From positions 26,783 to 90,782 of the forward strand of contig CAKZOD010000043.1 of assembly GCA_937136055.1 (NCBI GenBank): a stretch of DNA of 64,000 bases, written 5' to 3'. Each line of letters begins with the position of its first letter. Position 1 is the first letter of the stretch. This document shows, piece by piece, positions 39,745 through 49,253 of this stretch. Made by a program: the position numbers and the translations under genes. The notes under the pieces were generated by a model, which did not search any database, was not told the origin of the DNA, and worked only from the letters and a program-made list of their open reading frames with translations. The DNA is from an uncultured Oceanospirillaceae bacterium. Lineage in GTDB: Bacteria > Pseudomonadota > Gammaproteobacteria > Pseudomonadales > Balneatricaceae.

Positions 39745-42342
39745 TTAAGCTTCTACTAATGGGATCACATTCGATGCTTTAGCAACGTAGCTTTCCATTT
39801 GATCGAAGTTTAAGTAGCGATAGATCTCACCTGACATAGAGTCGTAAGTTTTCGCGTGTTCAAGGTATTCAGGTACCGTTGGTAGTTTGCCTGTAATCGC
39901 AGCAACAGATGCTAGCTCAGCAGACGCTAAGAATACATCAGCACCATCACCTAAACGGTTAGGGAAGTTACGTGTAGATGTTGATACAGCCGTTGATTTA
40001 GCGGCGATACGCGCTTGGTTACCCATGCACAGTGAGCAGCCAGGCATTTCAATACGTGCACCAGCGTTGCCAAAGATGTTGTAGTAACCTTCGTCAGAAA
40101 GTTGCGCAGCATCCATTTTGGTTGGCGGAGCAATCCACATACGAGTAGGGATAGAGCCTTTGTTTGCTTCTAAAAGCTTTCCTGCAGCACGGAAGTGACC
40201 GATGTTAGTCATGCAAGAACCGATGAATACTTCATCAATTTTTTGACCTTGAACGCTTGAAAGTAAGCGTGCATCATCTGGGTCGTTCGGCGCGCAAAGA
40301 ATTGGTTCTTTGATAGCAGAAACATCAATTTCAAGGATATGTGCGTATTCAGCGTTAGCATCAGCACGCATCATGTTTGGATTAGCTAGCCACTCTTCCA
40401 TTGACTTGATGCGTCGAGAGATAGTACGTGCATCGCCGTATTTCTCATCAAGCATCCACTTAAGCATAGTGATGTTAGAGTTCAAGTACTCAGTGATAGA
40501 CTCTTCACTTAACGTGATAGTACAGCCAGCAGCAGAGCGTTCAGCAGAAGCATCAGTCAATTCGAATGCTTGCTCAACCGTTAAGTGCTCAAGACCTTCA
40601 ATTTCTAGTACGCGGCCAGAGAATTCGTTGATCTTACCTGCTTTCTCAACCGTTAATAGGCCTTCTTGGATGCCGTAGTAAGGGATTGCATGTACAAGGT
40701 CACGCAGTGTGATACCTGGTTGCATGTCACCTTTGAAGCGTACAAGAATTGATTCAGGCATATCAAGGGGCATTACGCCCGTTGCAGCTGCGAATGCAAC
40801 TAAACCAGAACCCGCTGGGAAAGAAATACCTAATGGGAAACGCGTATGTGAGTCACCACCTGTACCTACCGTATCTGGTAGAAGCATACGGTTTAACCAA
40901 GAGTGGATAACACCATCACCTGGGCGAAGTGCTACACCGCCACGGTTCATGATGAAATCAGGAAGCGTATGGTGAGTGTTAACATCTACAGGCTTAGGGT
41001 AAGCCGCTGTGTGGCAGAAAGACTGCATAGTTAAATCAGCTGAGAAGCCTAGGCAAGCTAGATCTTTTAGCTCGTCACGTGTCATTGGGCCAGTGGTGTC
41101 TTGAGAACCAACAGTGGTCATTTTAGGCTCGCAATAAGTGCCTGGTAAAATGCCTTCAACGTTACAAGCTTTGCCGACCATTTTTTGCGCTAGTGTGTAG
41201 CCTTGATCTGCTTTAGTTGCAGGCTGATCAGGGGTTCTGAAAAGATCAGTTTGACCAAGAGATAAAGCATCACGTGCTTTTTCAGTCAGGCCACGACCAA
41301 TGATAAGAGGGATACGGCCGCCAGCTTGAACTTCATCAAGTAATACTTGTGTTTTAAGTGTGAAGGTAGAGATCGTCGCGCCAGATTCATCTGTCACTTT
41401 GCCTTCATATGGGTAGGCAGTAATTACATCACCCATATTCATTTTGTCTACGTCTAGCTCGATTGGTAATGCGCCTGCATCTTCCATAGTGTTGAAGAAG
41501 ATAGGTGCAATTTTGTTACCGAAGCAGAAACCTGCAGTGCGCTTGTTTGGAATGTTCGGGATATCATCGCCGAAGAACCAAAGTACAGAGTTTGTTGCAG
41601 ATTTACGAGAAGAACCTGTACCAACTACATCGCCAACATATACAACAGGGTGGCCTTTGGCCTTAACAGCTTCAATTTGAGCAAGAGGCCCCATTACGCC
41701 GTGTTCTTTTGGTTCGATGCCATCGCGTGTCATTTTAAGCATTGCATTGGCGTGCATTGGGATATCTGGACGAGACCATGCATCTGGTGCAGGCGATAAA
41801 TCATCAGTGTTTGTTTCGCCAGGAACTTTGAATACAGTTAGTGTGATGCTATCAGCAAGTTTTGGTTTAGAAGTGAACCATTCACCCGCAGCCCAAGACT
41901 CGATGATTTGTTTAGCGAATGCGTTTCCTGCATCCATCTTTTCTTTTACATCATGGAATGCATCAAACATTAATAACGTGTGTGATAAAGCAGTTACTGC
42001 GCTTGGTGCAAGTGCTTCGTCATCTAGGCAGTCGATGAGTGGTTGGATGTTATAACCACCTAGCATCGTACCGAGTATTTCAACAGCGTTTACTTTTGAG
42101 ATAAGAGGGGATTGCGCTTCACCTTTAGTCAGAGCGGCTAAAAAACCAGCTTTAACATATGCGGATTGGTCAACACCTGCTGGAACACGTTCAGTGAAAA
42201 GTGTTAATAGAAAGTCTTCTTCACCTGCCGGTGGTGCTTTTAAAAGCTCTACTAGGCTAGTAGTTTGATCAGCATCAAGTGGTAATGGTGGCACGCCTTG
42301 AGTTGCGCGTTCTTCAACATGTTTACGGTAAGCTTGTAGCAC
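39745..42342 (-). CDS. acnB: Aconitate hydratase B / 2-methylisocitrate dehydratase
   Basis: 865 aa; 'ETNTDDLSPA', 'GTGSSRKSA', 'SQDTTGPM', 'IGSCMTN', 'PGCSLCMGNQAR'. Confidence 0.98.
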   Translation of the reverse strand: MLQAYRKHVEERATQGVPPLPLDADQTTSLVELLKAPPAGEEDFLLTLFTERVPAGVDQSAYVKAGFLAALTKGEAQSPLISKVNAVEILGTMLGGYNIQPLIDCLDDEALAPSAVTALSHTLLMFDAFHDVKEKMDAGNAFAKQIIESWAAGEWFTSKPKLADSITLTVFKVPGETNTDDLSPAPDAWSRPDIPMHANAMLKMTRDGIEPKEHGVMGPLAQIEAVKAKGHPVVYVGDVVGTGSSRKSATNSVLWFFGDDIPNIPNKRTAGFCFGNKIAPIFFNTMEDAGALPIELDVDKMNMGDVITAYPYEGKVTDESGATISTFTLKTQVLLDEVQAGGRIPLIIGRGLTEKARDALSLGQTDLFRTPDQPATKADQGYTLAQKMVGKACNVEGILPGTYCEPKMTTVGSQDTTGPMTRDELKDLACLGFSADLTMQSFCHTAAYPKPVDVNTHHTLPDFIMNRGGVALRPGDGVIHSWLNRMLLPDTVGTGGDSHTRFPLGISFPAGSGLVAFAAATGVMPLDMPESILVRFKGDMQPGITLRDLVHAIPYYGIQEGLLTVEKAGKINEFSGRVLEIEGLEHLTVEQAFELTDASAERSAAGCTITLSEESITEYLNSNITMLKWMLDEKYGDARTISRRIKSMEEWLANPNMMRADANAEYAHILEIDVSAIKEPILCAPNDPDDARLLSSVQGQKIDEVFIGSCMTNIGHFRAAGKLLEANKGSIPTRMWIAPPTKMDAAQLSDEGYYNIFGNAGARIEMPGCSLCMGNQARIAAKSTAVSTSTRNFPNRLGDGADVFLASAELASVAAITGKLPTVPEYLEHAKTYDSMSGEIYRYLNFDQMESYVAKASNVIPLVEA

Positions 42343-42468
42343 GGTATGGCCCTCGTCTGTTTATTAGCCGTTTATTTACTATAATATGGAACAGTCGGCT
42401 TATATCAAATTTCTCACTAGAATTGCTCTAGGTTTGGATACGCACAGGATTCTACCTGAAAAGCATAA

Positions 42469-42482
42469 GATTGTCGACAATC
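42469..42482. promoter_or_regulatory. GntR-type (PrpR-like) operator palindrome upstream of acnB
   Basis: Perfect 14-bp palindrome GATTGTCGACAATC, 127 bp upstream of the acnB start; core ATTGTCGACAAT. Confidence 0.6.
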
Positions 42483-42582
42483 CATAATTAAATACTTTCC
42501 TTTTCTGGTAGATTACTACTTTAGTCTGTGTTTTCGTGAAAATTAGCTAAAATTCGTTAAGTTTCAATAACTACAAGACCAA

Positions 42583-42610
42583 AAAAAACCGATGAGAGCA
42601 TCGGTTTTTT
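42583..42610 (-). terminator. Terminator of the OmpA-family gene
   Basis: AAAAAACCGATG-AGAG-CATCGGTTTTTT. Confidence 0.8.
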
Positions 42611-42653
42611 AGATATGCAATTGTCGCTTGAGCGCAATTGCTGGACGTTTAGA

Positions 42654-43529
42654 TTAGTTTTGAATCTGCATCTCTACACGTCTGTTTTGAGCGCGGCCTT
42701 CATCAGTATCATTTGTAGCGATTGGGTTCTCTTCACCAAAGCCTTGAGACGAAATGCTTTGCGCTGGAACGCCTTGTGATACTAGGTATTCTTGAACAGA
42801 AGCAGCACGCTTATCTGAAAGTCTTAGGTTGTATGTGTTGCCACCGATTGAGTCAGTGTGACCTGCAACTAGTACTTCAGCATTGGCAGCAATTAACTTG
42901 CTTGCAACGTCATTAAGAATGGTTTTTGAATCTGCAGTTAGGTCAAATGATTTGTACTCGAAGAAAATACCTTCAAGAACAATTGCTACATTCTCATCAC
43001 AGCCGATAGAGTTAACTGCCGTACCCGCTGGTGTGTCAGGGCATTGATCAGCTTCGTCTAATACGCCATCACCATCTTGGTCATTGACAACAGCACAACC
43101 TGTTTCGTCAACTTCAGTGCCAGGAGGAGTGTTAGGGCATTGATCGATCGCGTTGTTTACGCCATCTTTGTCGTCATCTAATGAACAACCAACTTCATTT
43201 ACTGCTGTGCCTAGTGGAGTGTACGGGCATTCATCTTTCTTATCAGGCACGCCGTCTTGGTCGCCATCTAAAACAACACCAGGTGCACAGAACGCAGCAC
43301 CAAGGCCAACCCCGACGAGTGCGCCAATACCTTTTGATTTGCCATCACTGCTTCTGTTGCCTGCGGCATCAAGTGCTGCGCCAGCAAGACCGCCAGCGGC
43401 AACGCATAGTACTCGCTTAGTATCCCAAGTACCTTCCGTTTTGCTCGGGCTTGATGTTGAAGCACAACCTGTAATGACAAGTGATAGCGTGAATACACCT
43501 GCTACTTTCTTGAATGATTGATTGTTCAT
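42654..43529 (-). CDS. OmpA-family lipoprotein with glycine-zipper region and TSP3-type Ca2+-binding repeats
   Basis: Lipobox VITG-C22; Gly/Ala-rich hairpin; three DxDxDG..D.CP.TP.G..V...GC repeats; OmpA_C motifs 'GHTDSIG', 'NLRLSDKRA', 'NRRVE'. Confidence 0.9.
   Translation of the reverse strand: MNNQSFKKVAGVFTLSLVITGCASTSSPSKTEGTWDTKRVLCVAAGGLAGAALDAAGNRSSDGKSKGIGALVGVGLGAAFCAPGVVLDGDQDGVPDKKDECPYTPLGTAVNEVGCSLDDDKDGVNNAIDQCPNTPPGTEVDETGCAVVNDQDGDGVLDEADQCPDTPAGTAVNSIGCDENVAIVLEGIFFEYKSFDLTADSKTILNDVASKLIAANAEVLVAGHTDSIGGNTYNLRLSDKRAASVQEYLVSQGVPAQSISSQGFGEENPIATNDTDEGRAQNRRVEMQIQN
42999..43268 (-). repeat. Three 28-aa TSP3-like repeats inside the OmpA-family gene
   Basis: DGDQDGVPDKKDECPYTPLGTAVNEVGC / DDDKDGVNNAIDQCPNTPPGTEVDETGC / DQDGDGVLDEADQCPDTPAGTAVNSIGC. 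Confidence 0.85.
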
Positions 43530-44445
43530 TATTTTACCTATTCCTTTTTATATGCTAACTAAATTCAATTTCAAAAATTGAGGTTTTAACGTGATTTATT
43601 ATAGGGTCTTTCTATTTTACTGGGCTTTAGCTCAAAACGCATTCAAAGCTCAGCTAATAAATTATATGGCCGATGATAGCGTTTTGTTAAAAAATATTCA
43701 TCCATTGTTAATTAAATTGTTCAATTAACTCAAGATTTTATAATTAGTTCCATTTTAAAGTATTTAATTTGCGATTAAAGCTTTATCTTTTCTTTTTTGT
43801 TAGCGCTCTTTTGGCTGACATAATTAAAATAAAGGCTCACTGTATTTGTGTTGGGTCTGTAAAGCTTGATTTTAGATTACGTTGTTTTATTAGGCATTTT
43901 TTCAAAATGATAGATCTTTAGTGCTGATATTCAAAAGGTTTGAGTAGTGTTTGTGGCATGTGGTGTGCTGTGTTTCTTTTATTGTTTTGTCCCGTTAAGC
44001 CTTTGTTTGTAGGCTTTTCATCGCTTTTGAAAATATTGTTTTGTTCATGTCGGCCATAAAAATAAATTCGTGTTAGCTACGCTGTACTTATGTTGTAAAC
44101 TTGATAAATAAGATGATCTGTTAAAGCAGAGCGGGTGCATGTTTTTGAACAGCGGATCGGCTGACTGTTCATCGCTGCTTGATAAATTTGTTGTTAGTGA
44201 AAGCGCTAGCAGTTTCAGCGTGTATTTATTTGCAAAATAAGGCTTTCACAAAAAAGCATTATTAAGTTTGTGTTCGAATAAAGTGTTGCTGTCAATTCCC
44301 TCGATTTTGCTCTAGAGGCGAGTTTAAAAAAAGAAGAGACGAGTTAAAGGAAGAAGGCGATGAGTCGATTGTTTGTCTTGTGTCTTTTTTGCGCTCTAGG
44401 TATTCTCTCGCACCTGAAATTATTGTTTAGGTTTTACAGTTAAAT

Positions 44446-45141
44446 ATGCAACAAGATATCCAAATTCTCTATACTCATGCCGACTTTATAATAGCGGTGA
44501 AACCTGCTGGATTAAGTGTTCATTGTGATGATAACCAGGTCGGCTTTGCTGCGCTGCTGAGTGAGCAGCTTAATTTGAATCTATATGTGGTTCATCGACT
44601 TGATAAAGTTACTTCTGGGGTGATGATTTTTGCGCGTAGCGCACAAGCTGCTGCTAATTTTGGGCGATTGTTTGAAAGGCGTGAAGTTAGCAAATTTTAC
44701 CTAGCTATCAGTAATCAAAAACCGAAGAAAAAGCAGGGCGCTATAAAAGGGGATATGCAAAAATCTCGACGCTCTACTTGGAAGCTCCTTAAGACTCAAT
44801 TACAGCCTGCGGTGACACAGTTTATTAGTTGCTCGCTTTTTCCAGGCTTTCGCTTGTATTTAGTTAAGCCTAAAACGGGGAAAACGCATCAAATCCGCGT
44901 GGCGTTAAAAAGTATTGGTGCGCCCATTTTGGGGGATGCTCTCTATGCTAGTGAGCAAGAAATAGCAGGGCAAGTGATTGATCGATGTTATCTGCATGCT
45001 TGGCAGTTGTCGTTTGAGTATCAAAGTGAAAAATTTTGTTTTGAGCAGCAGCCATTGCAAGGTGAATATTTTTTACGGGGTGAGTGCGAGCAAGCGTTAA
45101 AAGAGTGGAAAAATCCTCAGCAATTTTTCAAAAGTAACTAA
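44446..45141 (+). CDS. RluA-family pseudouridine synthase
   Basis: 'VKPAGLSVH', catalytic 'VHRLDKVTSG', 'TGKTHQIRV', 'PILGDALY'. Confidence 0.9.
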   Translation: MQQDIQILYTHADFIIAVKPAGLSVHCDDNQVGFAALLSEQLNLNLYVVHRLDKVTSGVMIFARSAQAAANFGRLFERREVSKFYLAISNQKPKKKQGAIKGDMQKSRRSTWKLLKTQLQPAVTQFISCSLFPGFRLYLVKPKTGKTHQIRVALKSIGAPILGDALYASEQEIAGQVIDRCYLHAWQLSFEYQSEKFCFEQQPLQGEYFLRGECEQALKEWKNPQQFFKSN

Positions 45142-45238
45142 CATTTTATGACTTAGGCTCTATATAATTAGAGCTGTCTACTCATGACTGTTTTAGTCAT
45201 GCTTTGATAAAGAAATAATTGAATAATAGGTAGCGATA

Positions 45239-45460
45239 ATGGCAATAAATTCAGATAGAGTTGAAAGAGATTTCTCACAGCGTAGCGCAGAAGACCAGCA
45301 AGCATTTATTGAATTAACTTGGTGCGACCAGTGCCAGAAAGAAAACTTAGGTTTGTTTGATCCTTGTGAATACGAACATGCAGGTGTGATTTATATTGAG
45401 GGGAAATGTAATCAGTGTAAAGGACTAGTGGTTACAGAACTTACGGATGAAGAGTTCTAA
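45239..45460 (+). CDS. Small acidic zinc-ribbon-like protein
   Basis: 73 aa with two CxxC pairs (CDQC, CNQC); AGGTAG upstream. Confidence 0.65.
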   Translation: MAINSDRVERDFSQRSAEDQQAFIELTWCDQCQKENLGLFDPCEYEHAGVIYIEGKCNQCKGLVVTELTDEEF

Positions 45461-45548
45461 AACATATTATAAACAGTCATTTATAGATTTAAGTAAAAAT
45501 TCTACTTTAAGTTATCTCAGCAAAACATAAATCAGGTAAAGGTGTTAA

Positions 45549-46349
45549 GTGTCAAGTTTTGAACAGCGGTTTTCAGGTACGGCCCGTATATATGGAGCGC
45601 TAGCGCTTTCAAGTTACAGAGAAGCACATGTGTGTGTTGTCGGTATTGGAGGTGTAGGGTCTTGGGTGGCAGAAGCTTTGGCAAGATCAGGAATTGGAGA
45701 GATTACTTTGATCGATGCTGATGATCTATGTGTGACAAATACCAATCGTCAAATACATGCCTTAGAAGACACTGTTGGCAAGATGAAAACACAAGTAATG
45801 GCCGATCGTATTCATCAAATTAACCCTGAATGCTTAGTGCACTGTGAGAGTGTATTTATCTCCCAAGAGAATGTTCAAGAGCTGCTGAGCGCTTCGATGG
45901 ATTATGTGGTTGATGCTATTGATAGTGTCAATGATAAAGCAGCGCTTATCGCCAGCTGTAAACGCAGTAAAATCCCCGTCATAATGATCGGTGGGGCAGG
46001 TGGGCAGTGGGATCCAACTTGTATTGATACTGCTGATTTAGCGCGCACCGTGAATGACCCGTTAGCGGCAAAAGTGCGCTCTAAATTGCGCAGAGAGTAT
46101 GGCTTTAGTCGAAGTGGTAAGCGTTTTTCAGTTGAATGTGTTTACTCAACAGAGCAGCTTAAGTACCCACAAGAAGATGGTAGCATTGATACCGCAAAAA
46201 CGCGCAGTGCGGAAGGCGGGCTAGATTGCGAAACTGGTTTTGGGGCTGCAAGTGTCGTGACAAGTACTTTTGCAATGGTGGCCGCATCTAAAGTGTTACT
46301 TAAGATAAAGGCTAAAGCTGAGGCTGGGACTGAGGTTTTAGCTCAGTGA
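45549..46349 (+). CDS. tcdA: tRNA threonylcarbamoyladenosine dehydratase
   Basis: 'VVGIGGVGSWVAEALARSGIG', 'TNTNRQIHA', 'DPLAAKVR', 'VYSTEQL'. Confidence 0.93.
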   Translation: MSSFEQRFSGTARIYGALALSSYREAHVCVVGIGGVGSWVAEALARSGIGEITLIDADDLCVTNTNRQIHALEDTVGKMKTQVMADRIHQINPECLVHCESVFISQENVQELLSASMDYVVDAIDSVNDKAALIASCKRSKIPVIMIGGAGGQWDPTCIDTADLARTVNDPLAAKVRSKLRREYGFSRSGKRFSVECVYSTEQLKYPQEDGSIDTAKTRSAEGGLDCETGFGAASVVTSTFAMVAASKVLLKIKAKAEAGTEVLAQ

Positions 46350-46379
46350 GCGCTTAATCAATAATATTAAGGCAGGTTT

Positions 46380-46688
46380 ATGAAGCTGGTCGGTACTGTA
46401 TATAGTCTTCAATCGCTTAATGATATCGCGCAGCAAGTGTGCCCATATGGGGGCAGTGTTAAAGTGGTTGATGCAAAGCAAATTAAAATTTTGGCACAAG
46501 GGGTGCAGCTAACTTTGGAGCAAAGTGGCATTGCCGATCCATTAACCGAGGCGTTGTTATTTGGTGAAATAGATCTACCTTTATCAGTAGTGGATCTGTG
46601 GTTTGATACATTAAAAGGCACTTTGGTTGGCGCACAGCTCGATTTACATGCTGATGAGGCGCGATTGGTTCGTCGCTTTTCATGTTAA
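46380..46688 (+). CDS. Hypothetical protein (102 aa)
   Basis: ATG with AAGGCAGG upstream, co-oriented directly after tcdA; no family recognised. Confidence 0.6.
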   Translation: MKLVGTVYSLQSLNDIAQQVCPYGGSVKVVDAKQIKILAQGVQLTLEQSGIADPLTEALLFGEIDLPLSVVDLWFDTLKGTLVGAQLDLHADEARLVRRFSC

Positions 46689-46997
46689 AGGTATTTATCA
46701 CTTTAGTTTAATTGTGTTTAATTAAGCTAAGCTTTTGTAAGAATTGATAAAACAAGGTGATAGTGTAGACTATAAATACGCTGTTGAAGCGTTGGTAAAT
46801 AAGATTTACTCTGTTTAATTGAAGGTTGTTTCTTATCTAGGTTTATCTTGCCTAGGCTTAATGGAAGCGATCAGTGCATGTTGAAGATAGTAAAATGCAC
46901 TAAAAAAGAGCTTGATTAAGCGCTCTAAAGGCAAGTTTCAAGGCGTTACTGAACAAATGTCATTCTATTAATTATATTTTTATGTCTAGGTGAGAAA

Positions 46998-47897
46998 ATG
47001 ACCAAAGAGATATTGCAAGATAGATTCGATTATCTAGCAGCTAATGTAGAAGAGATAGTTTTACTACTGAGTAATCAAGGCGAAATTTTAAAAGCGAGTG
47101 CTGGAATAGAAGAGTGGTTACATGTTGATAGTCTTGTTGGGCTGTCATTTCCACTATTGTTTTCATCCGATATGATGACGCAAGTTCACAATCAAATAAA
47201 TAGCGCTATAGAAACAGGTGAAACAGTTAAATTCCAGTATTCTATGAAAGAAAAGGACTCCCCTGATTGGGTTGAGCTAGGTTTGAAAGAGCCGCATATT
47301 TGGCAAACGCGCTGCCAGAAAATTAACGATGAGCAGCTTATTTTTGTTATCGCTGATCGCAGCGAAGAAGTTAGACTTGAGCGTAAAATTATCAATCAAG
47401 CACAGCGTGATCCGCTTACTGGCGCCTATAACCGCAGAGCGTTAATGACAGTGCTTTCCCAGTCGGTTGCACAGGCTCAGCGCTATGATTGGCTGTGTTC
47501 CTTTTTAATGATTGATATTGATAACTTTACCAAAGTAAATGAGAGTTACGGTTGGGATGCGGGCGATTTAATCTTGCAGCAACTCGTCTCAAATTTACAT
47601 AGCTTTAAGCGTACAGCTGATTTCTTGGCACGTTATGCTGATGATCAGTTTGTGATGTTTTTGCCAGAGACAAATATTGAGCAATCAGGATTAGCTGCAG
47701 AGCGAATACGTCAAATGGTAGAGTCTCTCGAAATTCCTTTTTCCCAAGGGAATTTAAGCTTTACTGTCAGTATCGGTGCGGCAACGCTAGGGGATGTTGA
47801 AGAGACCCATGAAACGATGCTAAGAAGAGCGGAAGAGAACTTGGCAATTGCAAAAGCCAGTGGCAATAACCGTGTAGAAGTTGACGAAAGAGTTTAG
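46998..47897 (+). CDS. PAS-like + degenerate GGDEF domain protein
   Basis: 'RDPLTGAYNRR', 'LMIDIDNF'; active-site motif reads ADDQF; RxxD I-site (RTAD) present. Confidence 0.88.
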   Translation: MTKEILQDRFDYLAANVEEIVLLLSNQGEILKASAGIEEWLHVDSLVGLSFPLLFSSDMMTQVHNQINSAIETGETVKFQYSMKEKDSPDWVELGLKEPHIWQTRCQKINDEQLIFVIADRSEEVRLERKIINQAQRDPLTGAYNRRALMTVLSQSVAQAQRYDWLCSFLMIDIDNFTKVNESYGWDAGDLILQQLVSNLHSFKRTADFLARYADDQFVMFLPETNIEQSGLAAERIRQMVESLEIPFSQGNLSFTVSIGAATLGDVEETHETMLRRAEENLAIAKASGNNRVEVDERV

Positions 47898-47945
47898 ATT
47901 TTACAAAGCGCCTGTATCTCAGGCGCCTATTTATAAAGACCCTTC

Positions 47946-49001
47946 TTAAAGTGTTTTCAGTGCAGCAATTAAACGTTCCATTTGGTCATCAGTGCCAATA
48001 CTAATTCTCAAGTATTTATCGATTTTCGGCTTTGAAAAATGGCGCACGATGATGCCTTTTGCTCTCAAGCTATCCATTATTTTTGCCGCATCCAGCGTTT
48101 TGTGAGACACAAATAAGAAATTTGTTTTTGATGGGATGACTTCAAAGTCTAATGCCTCAAGCTCGGCTTGTGTCCAGGTACGCGTATTGATCACTTTGGT
48201 AACTGTTTCTTGAAAGTAGTTTTCATCTTGGTAGGCCGCTACGGCCATTTTTTGCGAGACGCTACTTAAAGGGTAAGAGTTAAAGCTGTTTTTAACGCGC
48301 TCTAAGCCTTCTATCAATTCTGGGTTGCCGATTGCAAAGCCAATGCGTTGAGCGGCGAGTGAGCGAGATTTAGACAGTGTTTGGATCACTAGGCAGTTAT
48401 CGTATCGCTGGGTAAGCTCAATAGCGGATTGCGCACCAAAATCAACATAAGCTTCATCGACAACTACGAGAGAATCGCTGTTGCGCTTTAATAGGGCTTC
48501 TATTTGCGATAAGGATAATGCTCTGCCTGTCGGAGCATTAGGATTGGCAAAAATGATGCCGCCATTAGGCTGTGCATAGTCTTCAAGGCTAATTGAAAAA
48601 TCGTCTTTAAGAGGTTGCAGCTGGTATTTGATGTCGTATAAATTGCAATAAACAGTATAAAAGCTGTAGCTAATATCTGGCATCAAAATTGGATTTTCTT
48701 GACGGAAAAAAGCCATAAATACATGCGCAAGTACTTCATCTGAGCCATTGCCAATGAAAACATTATCGCTATTAATGTTGTGATACTGAGCTAAGCAGTT
48801 TTTAAGATCACTGCTTTCTGGATCAGGGTAGCGCTTTAAATGGTCAATCGGAAACTCGGCGAGTATGTGCTTGATTGCAGGCGTCGGTGGGTATGGGTTT
48901 TCATTGGTATTGAGCTTGATGAGATCTACAATCTTAGGCTGCTCGCCAGGGGTGTAGGGAACAAGATCAAATAACGGTTTACTCCAGTATTGACGGCTCA
49001 C
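47946..49001 (-). CDS. hisC: Histidinol-phosphate aminotransferase
   Basis: 'YTPGEQP', 'KLNTNENPYPP', 'NGSDEVL', 'DEAYVDF', PLP lysine in 'TLSKSRSLA', 'LRISIGT'. Confidence 0.95.
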   Translation of the reverse strand: MSRQYWSKPLFDLVPYTPGEQPKIVDLIKLNTNENPYPPTPAIKHILAEFPIDHLKRYPDPESSDLKNCLAQYHNINSDNVFIGNGSDEVLAHVFMAFFRQENPILMPDISYSFYTVYCNLYDIKYQLQPLKDDFSISLEDYAQPNGGIIFANPNAPTGRALSLSQIEALLKRNSDSLVVVDEAYVDFGAQSAIELTQRYDNCLVIQTLSKSRSLAAQRIGFAIGNPELIEGLERVKNSFNSYPLSSVSQKMAVAAYQDENYFQETVTKVINTRTWTQAELEALDFEVIPSKTNFLFVSHKTLDAAKIMDSLRAKGIIVRHFSKPKIDKYLRISIGTDDQMERLIAALKTL

Positions 49002-49253
49002 GTGTTTCTCTTCCTTTTATTAAGCGTAAATGTAGTAGTGATCCACAAATGTTTTTGCACATTTGCGCTGCGCCAGTCGTCAGCGCGGGCATGAATAGTA
49101 GCAATATATAAGGGTTATAGGTAGTGCGTGTTGGCGCTAATGCTGTTTTTGTTAAACTGCGCTGGCAGGTTAATAATAAAGCAGAGCGATAAAGGTGTTG
49201 CCCCTTATGAAGGGGCTAAAGTAAGGAGATAAAAGATTAAAAGTTAGTGGCGT

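Noticed and set aside
42999-43268. Periodic DNA similarity that might suggest a CRISPR array or tandem repeat element
   Set aside because: Explained by in-frame TSP3 protein repeats; no identical repeat-spacer structure.
43669-43676. GCCGATGA, a possible sigma28 -10 box
   Set aside because: No TAAA/TCAA -35 at 15-nt spacing, and it points away from the adjacent gene.
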